Part shown: positions 10,595 through 22,780 of the stretch, in pieces
Position numbering within the stretch: the stretch's first letter is position 1
Layout: each line of letters starts with the position of its first letter
Source: Octopus vulgaris
Taxonomy: Eukaryota
DNA: 64,000 nt
Direction of reading: 5' to 3'
Assembly: GCA_951406725.2 (NCBI GenBank)
Contig: OX597814.1
Coordinates: 110,856,001-110,920,000 of the forward strand
Translations under genes and position numbers: made by a program
Notes under the pieces: generated by a model
What the model was told of the DNA's origin: nothing
Seen by the model: only the letters and a program-made list of their open reading frames with translations
Database searches by the model: none

Positions 10595-11024
10595 GCATGG
10601 ACTCAAACCCAAATGAAATGAAATGAAATGAAATGTAAAAAAAACTTTTGGAAATTTTCTTAATTCTGAAAAATGTTCAAAGGATAATGAGCCCCAGAAT
10701 TTAAGCCCTCAACACTTGAAATTAAATAAAAACGCTTGTCAATTTTCATTTTCAGTGAGTTTGTTTCCAAATCAGTAAGTTTCCCATTTGTAGGTTATGA
10801 GGAATCTTCATGATTTTTTTCTGTTTACTAAATGAAAAATCATCATCATTTAGTGCCTGTTTTCCATGCCGGCATGGTTTGGGTGGTTTGACAAGAACTG
10901 ACAAGCTAGAGGACCAATGTCAAGTTCCAATGTCTGTTTTGGTATGGCTTCTACTGCTGGATGACCTTTCTAATGTCAACCACTCTGCTGAATGTTATGA
11001 GTGTTTTTTTTTCTTGATTTCTGA

Positions 11025-11280
11025 CAGTGCATTGTGTTCTTGAGCAAGACACTCTATTTCATGTTGCTCCAGTCACTCAGCTGGCAAAAATGAGTAGTAC
11101 CAGTAATTCAAAGGGCCAGCCTTGTCACATTCTGCGTCACACTGAGTCTCTCTCAGAACTATATTAAGGGTATGCATGTCTGTGGAGTGCTCAGCCACTT
11201 GTACATTAATTTCACAAGTTGGCTGTTCTGTTGCTCAAATCAACTGGAACATTTGTTATCATAACTGATGGAGTGCCAGG
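11025..11280 (+). mobile_element. SINE fragment with CORE-like block
   Basis: TTGAGCAAGACACT...TTGCTCCAGTCACTCAGCTG. The 3' part matches 31735-31920 in reverse; a related head lies at ~45960-46090. Confidence 0.6.
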
Positions 11281-12346
11281 CCCCTGGTGAAGGAGATATC
11301 AGTCATGAACATCTCATCTTATTTTCATACATGGTGTATCTAGAACTTGAAGATAGTAGGATGTGATTTGAGGGAGATCCGCTGCTATTATTAGTACATT
11401 GACTGTGTAGTGGTTCTCTTGTAGGCTTGTATATATTTAATGGATGTAACTAGTTAATGTTGATATTTATATTTTTTGAGACTAGATATAGTCCACCAAT
11501 TGCTTAAGGCTGGAATTGCTCCTTGCAGAATCTCTTTCTAACCAAAATGTAAAGTAACAAACAGAAAAGATTGCGCAAAATGTGTTTCTAAAAAAATAAC
11601 GATAATAAAAATAGAACTTGCTAAACGAGCAAAATAACTGATAAGATTAAGTATACAGGGCATCTATTTTTGTAAAATATTCTATAGCCATCATCATTAT
11701 TAAATAATTATTCAAAAGTGAATCTGTTACAGAATATTTTGGTTATCATGGTGCCAATATCTCCAGTGTTAATCTCTTGGAATCATAACATTAAAATTAG
11801 CTCGGTTTACAAGGCCAGTGAAAGAAAGCCTCCCACAAAATAAATGTTTCTTTAACTAAGTGCCATGTTCGTTATTCATGAATTTAAATTTGGGTTCATC
11901 AAATATTAACCCTTTTGTTACTGTATTTCTCTTGGAATGCATTGCTTTTGTTTGAATTAATTTCGAAAATAACGAATTTAGAAAAATAGCATTGTCATTA
12001 TTAAGCTGGTGTTTGGAAAATATATTAACATACTGTTTTGATGGAAGGTTTTAATTTAAAGCAGGAAGTTTGTTTAAAAGGATAAGGGTGGGGCCAGGTT
12101 AAATGTACTCTTTTATAACTGAGATTTAGGAAAATTAATCACATCGGTTCACAGTGTGTTTTGTTTTTTAACATCTGCCATTCTATGCTAGCATGGGTTC
12201 AATGAATGTGTTATTGCAGCCTCATTTTATACCTGGATGCCTTTCCTATCACTAACCATTATCTGCTTTTCAAGTAAGGGATCACTGTTTTACATGTCTT
12301 CAAAGGTACAAAGCCAGTGGATGATTTGTTAACAGAAAATATGACA

Positions 12347-12752
12347 AGGCAGCGAGCTGGCAGAAACGTTAGCATGTCGGGCGAAATGCGTAGCGGTATT
12401 TTGTCTGCCGCTATGTTCAAGTTCCGCTGAGGTCGACTTTACCTTTCATCCTTTTGGGGTCGATAAATAAGTACCAGTTATGCACTGGGGTTGATATAAT
12501 CGACTTAATCAGTTTGTCTGTCCTTGTTTATCCTCTCTGTGTTTAGCCCCTTGTGGGTAGTAAAGAAATAGGTATTTCGTCTGTCTTTACGTTCTGAGTT
12601 CAAATTCTGCCGAGGTTGACTTTGCTTTTCATCCTTTTGGGGTTGATAAATTAAGTACCAGTTATGCACTGGGGTCAATGTAATCGACTTAATCCCTTTG
12701 TCTGTCCTTGTTTGTCCTCTCTAAGTTTGGCCCCATGTGGGCAATAAAGAAA
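12347..12752 (+). mobile_element. SINE family B (Nin/Deu-like central domain), tandem dimer
   Basis: GACTTT(A/G)C(C/T)TTTCATCCTTTTGGGGT(C/T)GATAAA..AAGTACCAG occurs twice, with TAAAGAAATA tails. Confidence 0.8.
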
Positions 12753-13342
12753 TATGAGCTCATACTCATCATTGCTTGTTGAGATTTTCACAGAATGCAA
12801 ATTTTAACAAAACACACATACACACACACCTGATGGTCTTCTACACAATTTCCATATACCAAATTCCATTCATAAGGCATTGGTCAGCTTGGGGTTATAG
12901 TAGAAGACACTTGTCCAAGACACCACTCAGTGGGGCTGAACCAAAAGCCATGTGGTAGTAAAGCAATCTTCTTAATCATACAACCATGCAGGCACCATAA
13001 AACAGAAATAAAAAGGAAAAAAAGATTTCGGCTGAGTTATTTCAGAGTGCTTTCTGTTTCTGACTGTGGAGCTGAAATTTTGGTTATTTCAGATACTGCT
13101 TGCAAAGTTTTATTCAGAACAGTTTAAAATAACACTGTCTTGTAGTCATGTTTGTTTGTTTTTTATTGTCTTTGATATTTTTCTGATAGTAAAAGATATT
13201 AAAAACTGTTTTACACAAATATCTTTGCAGTATGGGTATATAACAAAAAAATTTTTTTTTTGTTTTTCTAAAGTTAGTTGAAAATGACTCTTTACAAGTT
13301 TTCATATGACTTAGGAAATATTTGAAGATAAATGTTACATCT

Positions 13343-13566
13343 TTAACCCTTTCGTTACTGTATTTATTTTGAGATGCTGTGTGTTTCTTTCAATTATTTT
13401 AAAATATAACAAAGAGTTTAGTAAAATAACTTAGTTATCATTAAGCTAGTGTTAGGAGTATAAATTGTGACTAAGGTTTGGTGGAAGATTTTAATTAAAA
13501 ACTTATGAAAACAAGACATTTGTACTATAGAGCCGGTTTCAGCCGGGTTAGTAACAAAAGGGTTAA
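13343..13566. mobile_element. piggyBac-type MITE
   Basis: TTAA-CCCTTTCGTTAC ... GTAACAAAAGGG-TTAA. Confidence 0.85.
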
Positions 13567-14004
13567 TATCAACGAATTAACGATTTTTCTAAAATCCTTA
13601 TATGAAATTCTTGTGAAGAGAGTATGATTTCCACCTTGTGTATAAAAATTTGTAACTATTGAATAATAATGATAATAGCTTCAAACTTTGGCACAAGACC
13701 TGCAATTTTGAGGCGGTGGGGATAAATCAATGACATCAACCCCAGTGCTCAACTGATATTCATTTTATCAACTATGAAAGGTAAAGTTGACCTCAGCAGC
13801 ATTTGATCTCAGAATGTAAAAGAGCCAGAAGAAAAACTGCTCAGCATTTTGTCTGGCATGGTAACAATTCTGCTAAGCAGAAAATTCCTTATTGAGCTTT
13901 GAATGAAAGTTTTTGTCTAAATTTTTAGATATTTAGCCTTTTTTGCCACTATAATTCAAATGAAATATCCTGCTTTTGTTACAATTAATTTTTAAAATAT
14001 GAAT

Positions 14005-14363
14005 CGTTGTCGTCATCGTTTAAACATCTGCTTTCCATGCTAGCATGGGTTGGAAGATTGACTGAGGGCTGGTGAACCAGATGGCTGCACCAGGCTTCAA
14101 TCTTGTTCTGGCAGAGTTTCTACAGCTGGATGCCCTTCCTAACGCCAACCACTCCGAGAGTGTAGTGGGTGCTTTTTACGTGCCACCGGCATGGGAGCCA
14201 GTCAGGCGGTACTGGTAACAACCTCACTCGAATCTTTTACTCATGCCACCGGCACAGGTGCCAGTAAGGCGATGCTGGTAACGATCATGCTCGTATGGTG
14301 TCTTTTACGTGCCACTGGCACGGAGGCCAGATAGCTGCTCTGGCAACGATCTCACTTGGATGG
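14005..14363 (-). mobile_element. SINE family C (Meta-domain-like, (GAT)n tail, internal ~65-bp repeats)
   Basis: Reverse complement of GGCGTTAGGAAGGGCATCCAGCTGTAGAAAC. About 15 copies in the window. Confidence 0.75.
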
Positions 14364-14629
14364 TAATAAAATAACTTTGTCATAATCTGATGCTTAGAAT
14401 ATAAATTAACATAGAATTTTGGTGGAAAATTTTAATTCAAATCATTTTAAACAAGAAATTTATATTGTAGAAGCAGGACAGTCTCAGGTGGGTTGATGTC
14501 AAAAAGATTAAAATTTGATGGGATGATTGTTAATCTTCACTTAAATTCAGGAAAGCTTTTTACTTGTAAATTTTAATGGATTATGTAAAACTTAATTCCA
14601 TAAATGTATTATTGGATGTTTAATAATTC

Positions 14630-15038
14630 TAATTTTGGCACAAGGCCAGCAATTTTGAGGGGAGGGGGCAAGTTGATTACATTGACTCCAGTATCTGACT
14701 GATACATATTTTATGGGTTCTGAAAGATGAAAGGCAAAGTTGAGCTCAACAGGAAGAGTCAGAAGAAATACCATTTAGTATCTTGTTTGATGTGCAACTA
14801 ATTCTGTCAGCTTGCAAATATAATAATAATAATTTCTACTATAGGCACAGACCTGAAATTTGGGAGAGGGGATAAATCAATTACATCAACCCTCAGTATT
14901 CAACTGGTACTTATTTTATCAACCTTGAAAGGATGAAAGGCAAAGTTGACCTCAGTGGAATTTGAACTTAAAACATAACGGATGAAATGCCACTAAGCAT
15001 TTTGCCCAGTGGGCTAACAATTCTGCCAGCTCGTCACT

Positions 15039-15074
<36 letters not shown>

Positions 15075-15680
15075 GTTTCGAATTTTGGCACAAGGCCAGC
15101 AACTGCACGGGAGCGAGTAAGTCGATTACATAAACTCATCTTTTTTATTGACTCCTGAAAGGATGAAAGGCAAAGTCGACCTCAGTGGAGTTTGAACTCA
15201 GAATGTAGCATCAGGCAAAATACCACCAAGCATTTCATCCAACATGCTAATGATTCTGCTAGCTAACCTAATAATAATAATAATTTTAAATTTTGGCACA
15301 AGGCCAGCAATTCTGGAGGAGGGGCTAAGTTAATTAGATTGACCCCCCAGAGACCAACCAGTACTTATTATATCAAACTCATGGAGATGAAAGGCAAAAT
15401 CAGCCATTGTAGAATTTGAACTCTGAACATAAGGACAAGTAAAATGCCACTAAGCATTTTGTCCATCTTGCTAATCATTCTGCCAACTTGCCGTCTTATG
15501 GTTTCAAATTTTGGTACAAAGCCAGAAAGCTTGAGGGTGGGGCTTAGTCAATTATGTCGACCCCACTGCTCAGCTGGTACCTATTTTATCAACCATGAGA
15601 GGATGAAAGGCAAAATTTGCTTCAGCTGAATTTGAACTCAGAATGTAAAGACAGATGTAATACTTTTGAGCATTTTGCTT
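14630..15680 (-). mobile_element. Head-to-tail array of about five family-B-related SINEs, mostly separated by (AAT)n
   Basis: Repeated TTTTGGCACAAGGCCAGC...GATGAAAGGCAAAGT...AAGCATTT units. Confidence 0.8.
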
Positions 15681-15701
15681 TATATGGTATTTATTTTCAC
15701 A

Positions 15702-15992
15702 CTAGCTGGCCCTGTGCTGTCAAAATTGACAGCTAGTTGTAGTATTTTATATATAAATAAGGTACATAATAATCACACATAGAAACATTCACATACTTCC
15801 CTTGTACATGCACACACACGCATATACTTACACAAAGCTGAAACGCTGTTTGATTTTTCTTTTCAGCATTGAATGTTCACCATCCCACTACCAGTTTGCC
15901 ATCACCCTTTCCTTCCTTATTTATCTATCACCCTTTCCTTTCTCATTTATATGTTGTGACGGAGAAAAACTCAAGAGTATTATTATAGTAGA
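15702..15992 (-). mobile_element. Probable non-autonomous Helitron
   Basis: Minus strand reads A|TC...CTAG|T, with the subterminal hairpin CTGTCAAAATTGACAG. Confidence 0.45.
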
Positions 15993-16009
15993 TTCTTTTT
16001 TACAAGTGA

Positions 16010-16340
16010 TTATTACCTTCGCTTCAGCGAAGGCAGAGGTATTGTTTTCAGTCATGTTTGTTTGTTCATGGACAAGATATCTCAAGAACTGCTGGATGGA
16101 TTCGGATGAAACTTTCAGGGATGTTTGGCCTTGTGGCTGGCACAAACTGATTAGATTTTGGGATCGATCCCGTCCCGGACAAGGATTCTGGATTATTTTT
16201 CCAGTCTTTTTACTTAATTTCTGAGAGCGGTCAAATAAATTTTTAGTATTCTCGCTTGTGAGAACAGTCGAGCGTATTTCAGGTATTCTCATTCTAAAAC
16301 CCATCTCCTGCTAATCGTTGAGAGGACATTGGTGTTGCTT
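16010..16340 (+). mobile_element. Helentron/HINE (DINE-1-like) non-autonomous element
   Basis: Starts TTATTACCTTCGC...GCGAAGG (hairpin), then GTTTGTTTG and GGATGGATTCGGATGAAACTT blocks typical of HINEs. Confidence 0.55.
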
Positions 16341-16525
16341 TATTTTACTTCATTCTATTTTAAGATAAGTAATACTATGCATTTCCTCAAATTAGTCTAA
16401 TAAAATGTAACTTTACTTTAATATTTCAGTATATTAACCTATTATAATATATTTTTCTTTTTTTTTCTTTTTAGGCTGAAGTATGGATGAAATAGCAACA
16501 CCAGTAATTACCTGAAGGAGAAGGG

Positions 16526-16556
<31 letters not shown>

Positions 16557-16837
16557 ATATATATATATCCATATGTATATACACACACACACATATGTAA
16601 ACACACACACACACACAAACACACTCATTCATGCACACAATGCATTTATATATATTTATATATATATATAACTGAATTAGATTTTTTTTAAAAAAAAAGG
16701 AAAAACCTTGTCTGTTGAAGAGAAAACAAGAATCCATTTTGTATCTGTGATTCCTCTCATTTTCGTATTAAAAAAACACATAAAACAAATTAAAACATAG
16801 AATATTAAAAAAAAAAACATAAACAAAATTCCACAAA

Positions 16838-17125
16838 ATGGCTTCAGCTGATACTCAGAAACTGAACAACAGGCGACGGCGTGACCATCCCCGCCGAGAA
16901 ACGCTGCCAGGTGGAACTGTATCGCGTACACACACACGCCAATTGGATTTTTACCAGGCTATGTCAGACTTCAAGCATATGTTTCCCAGCATGGAAGAAG
17001 ATGTAATCGAAGCCATTTTGAGAGCCAATGATGGTGCTGTCGATGCCACCATCGATCAGCTGCTCACAATGAGTGTGGACACTGATGACATATCATGTGT
17101 AAGGAAGCACACTCCATTGTCGAAG
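16838..17125 (+). CDS. CUEDC1: CUE domain-containing protein 1-like, first coding exon (ubiquitin-binding CUE domain)
   Basis: RQLDFYQAMSDFKHMFPSMEEDVIEAILRANDGAVDATIDQLLTM matches the CUEDC1-type CUE domain (MFP motif, ANxGAVDATIDQLL). Start context is caaaATGG. Phase-0 donor AAG|GTAAGT at 17125/17126. Candidate acceptor polypyrimidine-TAG ends at 16474. Confidence 0.88.
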
Positions 17126-17165
17126 GTAAGTGCTGTAATGATTACGAATTATTAAAATTCTAATG

Positions 17166-18020
17166 GGTGCAGGTGTGGCTGTGTGGCAAGAAGTTTGTGA
17201 GCTAGCAGAAATGTTAGTACGCTGGGCGAAATGCTTAGCGGTATTTCGTCTACTGTTACGTTCTGAGTTCAAATTCCGCCAAGGTCGACTTTGCCTATCA
17301 TCCTTTCGGGGTTGATTAAATAAGTACCAGTTATGCACTGGGGTCAGTCTAATCGACTTAATCCCTTTGTCTGTCCTTGTTTGTCCCCTCTATATTTAGC
17401 CCCTTGTGAGCAATAAAGAAATAAGAAACGTTAGCACGCTGGGTGAAATGCTTAGCAGTATTTTGTCTGCTGTTACGTTCTGAGCTCAAATCCACTGAGG
17501 TCGACTTTGCCTTTCATCCTTTCGGGGTTGATAAATTAAGTACCAGTTATGCACTGGGGTCGATCTAATCGACTTAATCCGTTTGTCCTTGTTTGTTCCC
17601 TCTATGTTTAGCCCCTTGTAGGCAATAAAGAAATAAGAAGTTTGCTTCCCAACCACATGGTTCTGGGTTCAGTCCTGCTGCGTGGCACATTGGGCAAGTA
17701 TCTCCTACTGTAGACTCAGGCCAACCAAAGCCTTGTGAGTGGATTTGGTAGACAGAAACTGCATGGAAACCTGTCACATATATGTGAGTGTGTGTCAGTC
17801 TGTTTGTTCCCCCCCACACACACACACACACTTGACAACTAGTTTCGGCATGTTTATACCTTGTAACTTAGTGGTTTGGCAAAAGAGACTGATAGAAAAA
17901 GTACCAGGCTTTAAAAGATAAGTCCTGGGGTCAATTTGTTTGACTAAAAATTCTTTAAGGCAGTGCTCCAGCATGGCCACAATCTAGTGACTGAACCAAA
18001 TAAAAGATAAAAAAAAAAAC
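17166..18020 (+). mobile_element. Family A SINE with a family B dimer (17198-17634) inserted in its head
   Basis: TSD AAGAAGTTTG at 17188-17197 and 17635-17644. Confidence 0.85.
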
Positions 18021-18582
18021 AATGAGCATTGATTTGAGATGGAGAAGACCAGCAGACTCATTGATGAGTTATGAAGCAGATATCTATCATCTAGCCAGGT
18101 AACTAGATTATTGATTACACTGTAATGTGCCTTCGGCATTTGTACTGTAACCTATCTTGTTAATGCTTAGTGACTGACTAATTTTCTTGTTTTAAAAATA
18201 GCAGAAACAATTCATTGAGAAGATAGAAGGCTCTCTGTGTGGAAATGGTAACACAGTTTCCTGGCAAGTCATAGAGATGTATAATGCAAGACCTATCAGT
18301 CAGTTTGTTTCTCATTTCTGTCTCAAGTAAAGATACTCTGACTTGGCTCTGTTTTAACTCTTTCTTAGTAAGCTTATTCTAATATGGAATAGATAATAGT
18401 TTATTCCACTGAAGTTGTAGAGGTAAGATGGATGAGGTATTTGATTATCATATCATTGATTACTACTTTCAATCTATTGGTAAAGGATTTTTACCTGTCA
18501 CATCTAGTAACTGTTGTCACGTATCAAATCAAAAGAGAGATTTGTAGAGGTTTGCAGTTCTGGAAATATGTATGTACGTATA

Positions 18583-18765
18583 TGCAGGAGTGGCTGTGTG
18601 GTAAGTAGCTTGCTTACCAACTACATGGTTCCGGGTTCATTCCTACTGTGTGGCACCTTGGGCAAGTGTCTTCTACTATAGCCTCAGGCCAACCAAAGCC
18701 TTGTGAGTAGATTTGGCAAACAGAAACTGAAAGAAGCCCATCATATATATATATATATACAGACA

Positions 18766-18821
<56 letters not shown>

Positions 18822-19020
18822 TGTCTGTGTTTGTCTCCCCAACATCGCTTGACAACCGATGCTGGTATGTTTATGTCCCCCATAACTTAGCGGTTTGGCA
18901 AAAGAGACTGATAGAATAAGTACTAGGCTTCCAAAGAGTAAGTCCCGGGATCGATTTGCTCAACTAAAGGCGGTGCTCCAGCATGGCTGCAGTCAAATGA
19001 CTGAAACAAGTAAAAGAGTA
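18583..19020 (+). mobile_element. tRNA-derived SINE, family A
   Basis: Near-full copy with an expanded internal (TA)n. Confidence 0.85.
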
Positions 19021-19219
19021 TATATATATATATATATATATGGCTGTACAAAATTTTTTTTTTGTATAGGTGGATCAGTGTAGCTATATACACACATGCA
19101 GGCAGACAGAGAGCAGAGAGTGCCCATATAGATTAAAAATGAGGTGAAATGGGGGTACTCTGATATAATGTGATGTGCCTCCCTCCAAAATTGTTCAACC
19201 AATTAAAATTACAATGTAA

Positions 19220-19462
19220 TCATCATCATCATTGCTGAACGTCTGCTTTCCATGCTGGCATGGGTTGGACGGTTTGACTGAAAACTGGCAAGCCAGGAGG
19301 CTGCACCAGGCTCCAACCTGATTTGGCAAGGTTTCTACAGCTGGATGCCCTCCCTAACGCTAACCACTCCGAGAGAGTGTAGTGGGTACTTTTTACATGT
19401 CACTGGCATGGAAACCAGTCAGGTGGCACTGGCATTGGCCATGCTCAAATGGTGCTTTTTAT
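19220..19462 (-). mobile_element. SINE family C
   Basis: (CAT)n followed by TTTCCATGCTGGCATGGGTTGG...GGATGCCC. Confidence 0.75.
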
Positions 19463-20336
19463 GAAAAGAAAAATTATGAACAAGAAACTTAGAGGGTGAT
19501 GTATTGAATACTGCATACAAAACAAATTTAAAAATTGCCTCTTGGAAATGGAAAGTAAAAAAAAAAAAGGTGCAGAGGCAGTTCTTAACTACCCTTCAAA
19601 GAAATTAGGAAATTAAGAGTTAATCTAACTGAAATGGGCCTATAGCTGTCCCTTGCCTAGAACTGGTCTTCTAATTACATAGATTTACTTGGAAGGATTA
19701 ATTCTTAATTTCTTGAAATTAACTTCCCGTATGAGAGTTGCTAATGATTACTGCTAGATTTTAGTTGTCTTTCTCCCACTCAGAGTGAAATTTCTTTTGA
19801 GAAGTTTTGGTATATGCCATTTCATATACATCACTTCATTAACCTGTATTTTTTCCAAATTCTTGCCATTGTCACATTTGAGTTATTTCCCTTAGCTCAT
19901 TAGCAAGAAAAGCAAGGTGGTGATGGTGGTGGTGGTAGTTGGGAGAAATTCTGAGGTACAAAATCTAATATTGAATGGGAGCCTGCAGTGGAGAGTGAGT
20001 GAAATTGCTGGAAACTACACTGACATCTTAGGACCTACTTTGGTCTTATTAAACCTCTTCGGGGAAACATTGTGTGAATGTGGGTTTTTATGGTGATTTT
20101 GGTATTTTCATACTTACAGTATCATTTCTGTACTTTTACTTTATAATATACAGTAATAGCTATACAGTAAAAGTATAATGTAACATTCAACATATTTGTT
20201 TTCGTCTTCTGTATATCACCTTTGTATAATTTTATTTCAAAACATTGGCTTCCTTGAATGTGTTATGTGAATTTCAATGAGCTTGTTTTGTCTAGTTTGT
20301 ATGAACAACAGTATTATGTTTATAAATAAATACAAA

Positions 20337-20390
<54 letters not shown>

Positions 20391-21056
20391 GTGTGGATTA
20401 TTGTATCGTATACAATGATATTTTGGCATCTGTTTAACTTTAAATTTTAAAATGTATTCTTTGGTATTGATTGTGGTATGTCTAATTGTAATTTGTGAAA
20501 ACTGAATGAAAAACTGAACAAAAATAGCTAAAAAGAATATGGTAGGAAAAAAGAATGACTATAGTCAGGAATAGAGAATTTAAATCGTCAAATGAGATAA
20601 AAATTAACAATGTAATTTGATGAGAAAAATTTGTTATTCATACATCAACCTTAATATGTTACAATGTAAACATCTTTTATTAGTATGTTTGCTTGTTTCT
20701 TCTTTTGTTTAATGTCTATTTGCTATGTTAGCTTGGCTTCAGTGGAGGTAAATTTTTGAGGCAGGATTTTTATGGCCAGATACACTTCCTGTCACCAATC
20801 CTTACCTGATTTTCAAGTAAGGGATTTCCATTCCAGAGGAAGAGATGGATGATGTTTGTTGACAAGAAATGTTAAACTTCACTGGTTGTAGCCCAGTTAC
20901 AAAAGTGATGATTGCACCGTTTGTAATTGGGCTGCAGTCAGTGAAGTGCCGTGTACTCTCGTATCTCTGCATAATTTTGTAAACCTTCACACAAACTTGG
21001 GCATACATATATGTGTATGTATGTGTGTTTGTATATATTTATACACACACACACAC

Positions 21057-21094
<38 letters not shown>

Positions 21095-21829
21095 AAGAGA
21101 GAGGCATGGTTGTATGTATAGGAAGTTTAGTTTCCAACTTTGTGGTTTCAGGTTCAGACCCTTAGACAAGTGTCCTATAGCTTTGGGCTGACCAAAACCT
21201 TGTGAATAAGATGGAAACTGAAAGAAGCCCATTATATATACATGTGTGTATTTAAGTTTACTTATCCTGACATCACATGATGGCTGTATGTGTTCAACCT
21301 CATACAAGCTGTCATTTGTCTGACTGTAGGGAAATATTATCTTGCTTGGAAACGAGTGAGGGTTTGTGACAGGAATGGCATCTGGCCAAAGGGAAAATGT
21401 GCCTCAACAACTTCCATCTGACCCATGCAAGCCTGGAAAAGTGGACACTAAAACCATGATGATGTGGGTGTGTGTATATGTGTCATAGCCATGTAGCTCA
21501 TCTACATCAAGAAACCCATTTGCTTCCAATCCCTTCTTTCATACTCTAATTTTTCATCTCTTAGCATAAAGCTGCCTCCTCTACTGTAGTCCCTATCAGT
21601 AGAATAGGATCTTAGTGTCGCCCAGTTGCTGGTGCCATGAAAAGAAGCACCCGATAGACTCTTTACACTGGTTGGCGTCTGGAAAAGTATCCGGCCGTAG
21701 AAATCAAATCATGACAAAACAAACATTGGAGCCTGCTGCAGTCTTCAGACCCAGAGGATCTTGTGAGACTGTCCAACCAATGCCAGCATGGAAGCTGGCT
21801 GTTGAAGAATGATGATGTTTCTAAATGTC

Positions 21830-22170
21830 AGTGTGTTGTCCCCACCCTATGTGTTCAGTTTGCCATTTTCCATTTGTAGCCCATCATGGAGTGTCTCCTC
21901 CTTCTGTTTATTGTACAACTACTACAATGGTCTCTACTCTTCTAAACCTTCTAGTTACACCCAACCTCCACCCAGTCCTCACATCTGTGCCATCTCCTCT
22001 CATCACTCACACTTTCCTTTCATTTACCACTTCATCCAGTCCTTCTTCCCCACAATATCAAACTTCTGGAATCCTTTTTCTGACCATATATTTCCAGTAG
22101 TTGTTCTTTATATTGATGTTCCATATCTCAGGGAACCTGCAGAGGTCATGGGCACATCCCCTAACTCCTG
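21830..22170 (+). pseudogene. Decayed 3' end of a CR1/Jockey-group LINE
   Basis: VSSFCLLYNYYNGLYSS and QSFFPTISNFWNPFSDHIFP resemble the RT C-terminal motifs (LCLFYRYY; SFFPRTxxLWNSLP). Confidence 0.6.
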
Positions 22171-22336
22171 ATTAAACCATAAGACAACTTTTTCAAGGGT
22201 GAAGACACGGCAAAATGTCCTTATTGATACAAATAGTTGGTTTCTTTTCTTATAGAACTATCTCCTGCATTTCATGTCCAGCAGTTAAGGAATTTTTTTT
22301 ATCATTTCTTATTTGTAAAGTTCTACCATTATAAGC

Positions 22337-22780
22337 ACAGACTGGCTCCTGCACCAGTGACATGTAAAAAGCACCATCCGAATGTGGTCGATGCCAGGTC
22401 CACCTGACTGGCTCTTGTGTCAGTCGCACATAAAAAGCTCCAACCGATCATGGTCAATGCCAGTACCCCTGACTGGCTCTTGTGCCGGTGGGATGTTGAA
22501 AGCACCATCTGAATGTGATCGATACCAGTACCCCATGACTGGCTCCTGTGCCGGTGACATGTAAAATGCACCATCCAAACATGATCGATGCTCCTGTGCT
22601 GGTGGCACATAAAAAGCACCCACTACCCTCTCGGAGTGGTTGGCATTGGGAAGGGCATCCAGTTATAGAAACCTTACCAGATCAGATTGGAGCCTGGTGC
22701 AGCCTCCTAGCTTGCCAGTCCTCAGTCAAACCATCCAACCTATGCTAGCATGGAAAACGGACATTAAACGATGATGATGT
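22337..22780 (+). mobile_element. SINE family C with internal tandem units
   Basis: Repeated GACTGGCTCCTGTGCCGGTG...AAAGCACCATCC units, a Meta-like block and a (GAT)n tail. Confidence 0.75.

Larger units (their letters stand above)
6836..10635 (+). mobile_element. Young 5'-truncated non-LTR retrotransposon (CR1/Jockey group), ORF1 plus APE-RT ORF2, (AAATG)5 tail
   Basis: Continuous ORF1, APE and RT coding sequence with few lesions. Very short 3' UTR, then (AAATG)5 at 10611-10635. AAATG also precedes the 5' junction (6831-6835). Confidence 0.95.

Noticed and set aside
6082-11424. LTR pair around the RT element
   Set aside because: The repeats lack TG..CA ends and lie 0.6 kb from the element; the RT is non-LTR type with APE and a tandem tail, and there is no integrase.
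22337-22620. Regularly spaced repeats resembling a CRISPR array
   Set aside because: Units are degenerate internal SINE repeats without unique spacers, in eukaryotic DNA with no cas genes.
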